A stretch of DNA of 64,000 bases, from contig LSNL01000001.1 in NCBI GenBank assembly GCA_003056145.1, positions 73,351 to 137,350 on the forward strand, given 5' to 3'. The notes beneath the pieces were generated by a model. That model was not told where the DNA came from. It did no database searches and saw nothing but the letters and a program-made list of their open reading frames with translations. A program made the position numbers and the translations under genes. Position 1 is the stretch's first letter. Each line of letters starts with the position of its first letter. Shown piece by piece: positions 57,668 through 64,000 of the stretch. Origin of the DNA: Parcubacteria group bacterium M10-OD1-1. Lineage in GTDB: Bacteria; Patescibacteriota; Minisyncoccia; Moranbacterales; UBA2206.

Positions 57668-59491
57668 ATGTTAAATATATTTAAAAAAAATCAAAATCAA
57701 AAAAAATCTCAACCAGTTGACGAAGTTTTAGAGAGTGAAAGATACTATCAAGAAGGAGTGTCTAAGTTAAATGATTTAATTGCTCCAGCTGCGATAAAAA
57801 TCAATTCTCGCAATATTAGAGTAGGAGAAACGTTAGTACAAACAATTTTTGTAATTGCTTATCCTAGATTTCTACATAGTAATTGGTTCTCTCCAATTAT
57901 TAATATTGATATGCCTATTGATATTTCAATGTTTATCCATCCAGTAGATACTTATGACATTTTAAAGACTCTTAAGAAGAATGCTACTAGAGTGGAGTCA
58001 CAAATCCACATAGAACAACAAAAAGGAATGATTAATGATCCAGCTTTGGAAACAGCAGTACAAGATATTGATGAATTGAGAAGTAATCTTCAGCAAGGAA
58101 CCGAAAAGTTTTTCCGTTTTGGTTTATATATTACTGTTTATGGTGAAAATGAAAAAGATTTAAATGAAGCTACTCATTCTATAGAAGCTATTTTAGAAGC
58201 TCAATTAGTGTATGTTAAACCGGCTATTTTTAAATCCGAACAGGGTTTTAATTCTACTTTACCACTCGCTAACGATGAATTAGATATTGGGACTAGTATG
58301 AATAGTTCTCCTCTTTCTACTACTTTTCCTTTTGTTTCCTCTACTCTTTCTACTAATAAAGGTATTCTTTATGGTATTAACCGACATAATAATAGTTTAG
58401 TGATTTTCGATCGTTTTGAGATGGAGAATGCTAATATGGTAGTTTTTGCTAAATCAGGAGCTGGAAAAAGTTATACTGTTAAATTAGAAATTTTAAGGTC
58501 GCTAATGTTGGGAACTAATGTAGTAATTATTGATCCAGAAAATGAATACAAACATCTTTGTGAGACAGTTGGAGGAACTTTTATTAAAATATCGCTTAAC
58601 TCAAAAAATCATTTAAACCCTTTTGATTTACCAAAAATTAAAGATGATGAAGATCCAGAAGATGTTTTAAGAAATAATATCGCTAGTTTGCTGGGATTAT
58701 TACATAGTATGCTAGGAAATATTACTCCAGAAGAAGATTCTATTTTAGATAGAGCGGTGAGAGAAACTTACGCTATTCGGGATATAACCGCTCAAACTGA
58801 TTTTAACTCTATTTCTAGAGAAGCTTATCCGACGATGTCAGATTTATATCAGGTTTTGCAAAGTATGGAAGGAGGAGAGGATTTATCTATTCGGCTAGAA
58901 AAATATACGGAAGGGGTTTTTGCTGGTTTTTTAAATAACACAACTAATGTTAAAATTGATAATCAAATGGTAGTTTTTAATATTCGGGATATGGGAGAAG
59001 AGTTGCGTCCTATTGCAATGTACATTGTGATGCAATTTATTTGGAATGAGATGAGAACTAATTTAAAAAGAAGATTGGTGTTAGTAGATGAGGCGTGGGT
59101 GATGATGAAATATGATGACGCAGCTTCTTTTATGTTTGGAATTGCGAAACGATGTCGTAAATATTATACTGGATTAACGACAATTACTCAGGATGTAGGA
59201 GATTTTCTGTCTTCTCGTTACGGGAAAGCGATTGTAACGAACTCTTCTATTCAATTATTATTAAAACAATCCACCGCTGCGATTGATATGGTTAGTGAAA
59301 CATTTTATTTAACTGATCAAGAAAGATTTTTATTGTTAGAAAGTAATATCGGAGAAGGGATTTTTTTTGCCGGTACTAAACATGTGGCTATTAAAGTAGT
59401 TGCTTCCTATTCAGAAGACCAAATAATTACTACTGATCCAGCTCAGTTAATGAAAATTGATCAGGCTAAAAAAGAATTTAGTGAAGAATAA
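57668..59491 (+). CDS. virB4: Type IV secretion ATPase VirB4/TraC/TrsE family (ATPase domain)
   Basis: Walker A VVFAKSGAGKSYTVK, VIIDPENEY, Walker B RRLVLVDEAWVMM (DEAW) and the C-terminal VirB4 sensor region. Confidence 0.75.
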   Translation: MLNIFKKNQNQKKSQPVDEVLESERYYQEGVSKLNDLIAPAAIKINSRNIRVGETLVQTIFVIAYPRFLHSNWFSPIINIDMPIDISMFIHPVDTYDILKTLKKNATRVESQIHIEQQKGMINDPALETAVQDIDELRSNLQQGTEKFFRFGLYITVYGENEKDLNEATHSIEAILEAQLVYVKPAIFKSEQGFNSTLPLANDELDIGTSMNSSPLSTTFPFVSSTLSTNKGILYGINRHNNSLVIFDRFEMENANMVVFAKSGAGKSYTVKLEILRSLMLGTNVVIIDPENEYKHLCETVGGTFIKISLNSKNHLNPFDLPKIKDDEDPEDVLRNNIASLLGLLHSMLGNITPEEDSILDRAVRETYAIRDITAQTDFNSISREAYPTMSDLYQVLQSMEGGEDLSIRLEKYTEGVFAGFLNNTTNVKIDNQMVVFNIRDMGEELRPIAMYIVMQFIWNEMRTNLKRRLVLVDEAWVMMKYDDAASFMFGIAKRCRKYYTGLTTITQDVGDFLSSRYGKAIVTNSSIQLLLKQSTAAIDMVSETFYLTDQERFLLLESNIGEGIFFAGTKHVAIKVVASYSEDQIITTDPAQLMKIDQAKKEFSEE

Positions 59492-59500
59492 AATATAAAG

Positions 59501-60016
59501 ATGAATGAGCACCAACATAAAAAAAGATTAGAACAAGCTAGGCAAACAGGGAGAGCAAATAATTTAACAAAAAAAAATAGTTCTACTCAAAAAACTATTA
59601 AAGAATCTAAAGAGGTAATTAAAAATATTTCTAACCCAGTTAGTTTTTTCTCCCTATTTTTTCAAATGAGTATTTTTACTGACTGGATGTATGGAGTAGC
59701 TCTTTTAGCAGCGGTGTTAAAAGATATATTAGATTTATTAGAAGTAACGGGGATTTGGTATATAATAGTAATTGTTTTAACCTTTTGTGTTTCTATCTTT
59801 ATTGCATTGATGATGTTGCTAGGTAATTCGGTTAATGGAGTTGGTAAAGGACAACGAAAAATGATAAAAAGCTGGTTGGTATTATTGGCTGGAACAAGTG
59901 CAGAATTAATTTTTGGAATAGATCTACTGCCGATTGAAACTCTGACTGTGATAATTATTTATTTAATGCTCCTCTCGGCTAGAAAAACCCAACAGCAAAT
60001 TTTAAACGCTAAATAG
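59501..60016 (+). CDS. Hypothetical membrane protein (possible pilin/VirB2-like)
   Basis: 171 aa, charged N-terminus then 3 hydrophobic helices. Lies in the T4SS-like cluster. Weak. Confidence 0.3.
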   Translation: MNEHQHKKRLEQARQTGRANNLTKKNSSTQKTIKESKEVIKNISNPVSFFSLFFQMSIFTDWMYGVALLAAVLKDILDLLEVTGIWYIIVIVLTFCVSIFIALMMLLGNSVNGVGKGQRKMIKSWLVLLAGTSAELIFGIDLLPIETLTVIIIYLMLLSARKTQQQILNAK

Positions 60017-60085
60017 ATAAAGAACTGAAAATAAAATAAAATAAATTTAATGGTTAGAATTTTTTTAGAAAACTTAAGTTAAAAA

Positions 60086-60784
60086 ATGACTTATTATAGC
60101 TTTAAAAATAAAAAAATAAGAACGAAAAAAAGCCTTCTTTTAAACTATAAGGAATTTTTTCTAACATCTGCTATAATAATAGTGTGTTTAGTTCTTTCTA
60201 TTGTTTTTCCGACGACTGGTTTTTTTCAAGATTTAACGAGAGGATTTTTTTTCCTATTTTTAGCACCAATTTTGTATCTAAAATTTATTCTTAAGAAAAA
60301 AATTAAAACCTCAGGATTAAATTTGAAAAATAAAAAAGTGGGAATTATTTGGGGCTCAGCGATGCTAGTAATTTCATTGGTTAGTATTTTTACATTAATT
60401 AAATTAACTAATTTTTCTGCTAGTTATAGAATATCAGCTATTATAATAAATAATTTCTGGTTTTTTACTCTCTATATGTTTGTTTTAGCAAATTTTATTT
60501 TGTTTATTCAGGAATATTTTTTTCGCGGTTTTATTTTAAATACTTTTCGAGAGGAAACAGGAAAATGGTCAGTCGTTATTCAGGCGTTAATTTATTTAAT
60601 TGTGGTTATTATTCAGAAAGGATTTAATGCTAATCTTTGGCAGATGGTACCGATGTTGATTCTGGCTCTTACCGGCGGGATCACAGCTTATAAAAGTAAG
60701 TCTATGATTTATTCTTATATCAGTGGATTGTTATTCTTCATTATTTTAAACTCTTATTTAATTCATTTAATAAAAATAAAATAA
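60086..60784 (+). CDS. CPBP/Abi-family intramembrane protease-like protein
   Basis: Polytopic protein with QEYFFRGFILN (EExxxR-like motif 1 context) and a later HxxxN/H region. Moderate. Confidence 0.45.
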   Translation: MTYYSFKNKKIRTKKSLLLNYKEFFLTSAIIIVCLVLSIVFPTTGFFQDLTRGFFFLFLAPILYLKFILKKKIKTSGLNLKNKKVGIIWGSAMLVISLVSIFTLIKLTNFSASYRISAIIINNFWFFTLYMFVLANFILFIQEYFFRGFILNTFREETGKWSVVIQALIYLIVVIIQKGFNANLWQMVPMLILALTGGITAYKSKSMIYSYISGLLFFIILNSYLIHLIKIK

Positions 60785-60832
60785 ATTAAAACACTTTAAT
60801 AAAAAAATATTTTAATAAAAATAATTAAGAAT

Positions 60833-63442
60833 ATGAAAAAAAAGATAAAAAAAATTAATAGGACGGAGAGAATACTCATGGGAGTAATTAAAAGTTTTTT
60901 TATTTTCTTAATCTCTCTTTTTATGTTTAGTCCTTCAGTGCAAGCTTGGGATTTGACTAGCTTTGGTGGAGGAGATGTCAACGGAGTAATGGATTCAGCT
61001 ATGAATAACTTAGGAGTTAATAAGACAGAATTAAAATATGGTATTCAATCTTTCAATGTTTCTCGGAAAAAGAAAACACCACCTCAAGTAACACTGACTT
61101 TTAATCCTCGCAATCCATCTCCTGGACAAAAAATTACTGCGGTAGCTACAACGACTTACTTTCTTAATGAATCAAAAAATTTATACTTTACTTGGTTTTT
61201 AAAAACAAAAAATTGTCCTCGGACAAGTACTCCTGACTCTATAGAAAAAAAGCAATGTGATTTAAATAAAGATGGACGGGTAGATATTGCAGATTACAAA
61301 ATTAAAGCTACGAGAATTATTGTTAATAATGGTTTTGATTGGGAAGATGCTAATTATTCTAGAGATAATAGTAATGATAGCTATAAAGCTAATTTTGGAG
61401 GAGATGATCAAGGAGGAAAAACTTCTTATTGTTATATTCACGATACGAAAGGTGGCGATGAGTATCGGATTAAATGTGCTCACCTTTTTCCTCATGCGCC
61501 AGGAGAAGTAACAGGTGATGGTTCTTTTGGAATTAAAGAAGAAAAATTTTGGCATACTGATCCTAACAGTCCTGATACAGCTGGAACGGGAAATGTAGAC
61601 GAAGCTAATGTGGCTGGACTTGGAATAAAACAGTTTACTTGGAATTATGAAACTGGTGATGAAGTAGGGGTAGTAGTAGAAGGTGTTTCTATTGAATCTA
61701 CTCAAACAGCTGATGCTTCTTACCGAACTATGTGGGCAATGCCTAAAAGTATGTGCGATGTAAGTCCAATCATTAAAAATTTTCCTAAAAAAACTACTAA
61801 TACTATATCTCAATCAACTAATTCTCCTTCGGAAGGAGAAACAACTACAGTAACTCAGACGACTAATCAAACTATCCAGAGTAGAGCAGCTAATATTGCT
61901 AGTATAGAGACTGTGGTTACAACTACAACGACAGTAACCAATTCATTGACTGGTAATGTTATTTCTCAAAGTTCAACTTCAACCACACCTACTTATTCTG
62001 TTTCTAATATTTCAGATGATATATCAGTTAATAATATAAAAAGTGCTTCTGATTTAAATAACTGCTTATATGCTAATTTAGTCAGTCCAACAGCAGTAGG
62101 TAAAAATGGGAGAAAAATTAATGTTTCACTTTCTTATTCTCCAGAAACTCCAATGAATGATCCAAAAGTTAATTCTAACTCGGGAGATACGGTTATTGTG
62201 CAAGCTTCACTTGACGACATAAGCGATACCAGTTATCTAAATTATTTTTGGCAAGTTTATCAAAGCGATGAAGCTAATCCAGATAGTTGGGGAAAACCTT
62301 TGTTGAAATCTGCTTTGCCTGATTCTACTCAGACAACAGGTCTAGGTTTAGATTCTTTTGAGTTTAAACTAAATTTTCCTCATCCGAAAAAATATTTTCG
62401 GGTTAAGTTAACAGTAACTGAGCCAACATCAGGAGGAACTAGCAGAGAAGGACATACTGATATAATTATTCCTATTGCTTCAGTGAATAATAGAATGCAA
62501 GTTTTTTCGGCTAATGTTTCTAAATCATTGCAATTAAATATGCAAGGAACAGAACAATGTACTGCTGGTATAAACAAAGTTGTTTGTTCAGTTGCTAAGA
62601 ATGAAATCATTGGAATTAAAGTTGATGCTAATAATTTATCTAATTATGCTTGGTCAATTGATGGAAAACCTTTTACTTATCAAACTTGTTTTTTCCAGGG
62701 TTGTAATTTAAATCAAGAAACTAATGTAGCTTATTTCCCCGTTGTAAAAGAAGTAGGAGAAGAATTTAATATTTCTTTGGTAGCTACTAATCAAGTAAGT
62801 GGACAGAAAATAAATTTAATCCGAACATTTAAAGTGGCTGATCCCCAAATAAAAATTCTTTCTGCTGATACTAAAACTTGTAAACCAGTTTTACTTGGTC
62901 ACTACATTGATTTTAACGGTAAACAATGGCCAGATTATAGTCAAATAAATTTTTGGGCGTTATCCAGCAGTCCAATTAAATTAATGGCGTTAACCTCTGG
63001 AGCTTATATTCCACCAACTGATTATAACTGGGTTGTGGATGGTAATTCTATCAATCAAAATAATGTTGGAAAATATGGATTTAAATTAGATAAAAATGGT
63101 GTTTTAACTTTACCACCTAAACCAAGTAATCAAAGTTATAATGTAGGGGTAAGCGTTTTATATACGCAAAATAATTTAACGAAAAAAGCCTTAAATAAAT
63201 ATTGGGGAGTTTCTTATGATCAGTTTTATGAAAAGCCAATTGCAGATAATATTAATGTTATAATGCAAAAAATTAAACCAAAAGCAGTTGCTCAATCTTC
63301 CAGTAAAAAAATTATGGCGACTCTTTTTTCGGCAGTTCCAGCTTACATAGCTTTTATTCTAAGAATAATTTTGACCATATTTTTAATGTTAGTTACGGCC
63401 TCTTTAGTATTCTCATTATCTTCAAAAATAAAAAATGAATAA
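60833..63442 (+). CDS. Large (869 aa) surface protein with signal peptide and C-terminal TM anchor
   Basis: N-terminal signal (…SPSVQAWD), T/S/N-rich extracellular body, C-terminal hydrophobic anchor (VPAYIAFILRIILTIFLMLVTASLVF). Confidence 0.45.
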   Translation: MKKKIKKINRTERILMGVIKSFFIFLISLFMFSPSVQAWDLTSFGGGDVNGVMDSAMNNLGVNKTELKYGIQSFNVSRKKKTPPQVTLTFNPRNPSPGQKITAVATTTYFLNESKNLYFTWFLKTKNCPRTSTPDSIEKKQCDLNKDGRVDIADYKIKATRIIVNNGFDWEDANYSRDNSNDSYKANFGGDDQGGKTSYCYIHDTKGGDEYRIKCAHLFPHAPGEVTGDGSFGIKEEKFWHTDPNSPDTAGTGNVDEANVAGLGIKQFTWNYETGDEVGVVVEGVSIESTQTADASYRTMWAMPKSMCDVSPIIKNFPKKTTNTISQSTNSPSEGETTTVTQTTNQTIQSRAANIASIETVVTTTTTVTNSLTGNVISQSSTSTTPTYSVSNISDDISVNNIKSASDLNNCLYANLVSPTAVGKNGRKINVSLSYSPETPMNDPKVNSNSGDTVIVQASLDDISDTSYLNYFWQVYQSDEANPDSWGKPLLKSALPDSTQTTGLGLDSFEFKLNFPHPKKYFRVKLTVTEPTSGGTSREGHTDIIIPIASVNNRMQVFSANVSKSLQLNMQGTEQCTAGINKVVCSVAKNEIIGIKVDANNLSNYAWSIDGKPFTYQTCFFQGCNLNQETNVAYFPVVKEVGEEFNISLVATNQVSGQKINLIRTFKVADPQIKILSADTKTCKPVLLGHYIDFNGKQWPDYSQINFWALSSSPIKLMALTSGAYIPPTDYNWVVDGNSINQNNVGKYGFKLDKNGVLTLPPKPSNQSYNVGVSVLYTQNNLTKKALNKYWGVSYDQFYEKPIADNINVIMQKIKPKAVAQSSSKKIMATLFSAVPAYIAFILRIILTIFLMLVTASLVFSLSSKIKNE

Positions 63443-64000
63443 TTATAAAAAAATTTATTTGACTATTCTTTTGTTCTTAATCTCAGGAGTAGTTTTCAGT
63501 AAGGCTAATCCAGCTCAAGCTATTAGCTCAGTCGTGAATGATAATTGTTTCTGTGCTAGCCAGAATCCTTTGAAAATGTTTAGCGCTGTTGGAGATGCTA
63601 CCGCTGTTAATGACAGTAATGCTTGTAAAAAGACTTGTGTTCAATTAGGAGCAACTTATTATAGTTTTTCTAAGCTAACTAATATAAAATATCTTCCTGT
63701 TTCTAATAAAATAGAAAGTAAAAATTGTTATTGTGCTACTGGAAGCGTGATTCCTTTTAACTATCCTCAGACTGGTAAAACTACTAAGGCTAATAGTGAT
63801 AGTGAGTGTAATCAATCTTGCGCTAATCAAGGGGCAGACTATTATAGTTTTTCAAGTATTTATGATATTGGGTATACGGCGGTAACAAAATTTCCAACTA
63901 AGCAAAAAACCATTAATACTAATAGGTCTAATACAATTTTTCAATATCAACCAATGGAAACTATTCCTGGATTTGGTAAGCCGACTAATTTTCCAGCTTA
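63435..64000 (+). CDS. Secreted Cys-rich repeat protein (3' end outside window)
   Basis: ATG overlaps the previous stop (ATGAATAA). Signal peptide MNNYKKIYLTILLFLISGVVFSKANPAQA. Two ~55-aa repeats share the pattern C-x-C…C…C…GA-YYSFS. Frame is open to the window end. Confidence 0.45.
   Translation, partial: MNNYKKIYLTILLFLISGVVFSKANPAQAISSVVNDNCFCASQNPLKMFSAVGDATAVNDSNACKKTCVQLGATYYSFSKLTNIKYLPVSNKIESKNCYCATGSVIPFNYPQTGKTTKANSDSECNQSCANQGADYYSFSSIYDIGYTAVTKFPTKQKTINTNRSNTIFQYQPMETIPGFGKPTNFPA

Noticed and set aside
56974-59491. Alternative genetic code (UGA read through, code 4/25) to fuse the two VirB4 ORFs
   Set aside because: TGA terminates well-supported genes elsewhere in the window (e.g. 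at 35302-35304 and 36461-36463), and the two ORFs are in different frames, so recoding cannot join them.

Overview
This window is low-GC (~30%) and densely coded. It looks like a reduced-genome bacterium, possibly Candidate Phyla Radiation (Patescibacteria): many proteins carry Lys/Glu-rich tails, there are three O-antigen-ligase-like paralogs, and TGA is used as a stop, so genetic code 11 applies. Housekeeping genes are clear: rdgB, rplS, rluD-like, folD, cca, gyrA, rpsA, tilS-ftsH, xer recombinase, pcrA/uvrD, rpsO, pnp, lspA, yifB/comM and rsmA. Ten tRNAs are present, including a minus-strand array of four. Four regions deserve a second look. (1) An O-antigen-ligase-like gene (10036-12066) holds ten in-frame copies of a 16-bp perfect palindrome, TGTTCCACGTGGAACA, and is followed immediately by a (TAAGAC)x15 hexanucleotide microsatellite. 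(2) rpsO and pnp, normally an operon, are separated by ~7.5 kb next to tRNA-Trp. The insertion encodes a nucleotide-centred enzyme set with a lone DHQS-like sugar-phosphate cyclase, a candidate accessory island or small-molecule pathway. (3) There are two GC-rich structured noncoding elements. One (~185 nt) abuts tRNA-Ala. The other (~480 nt) lies between a consensus sigma70 promoter and an intrinsic terminator; it matched no RNA family I recognised by eye. (4) A type-IV-secretion-like module (VirB6-like, VirB3-like, VirB4 apparently split into two ORFs) is flanked by large secreted proteins, one with Cys-rich repeats. All calls come from reading the sequence and recalling motifs. No database searches were run.
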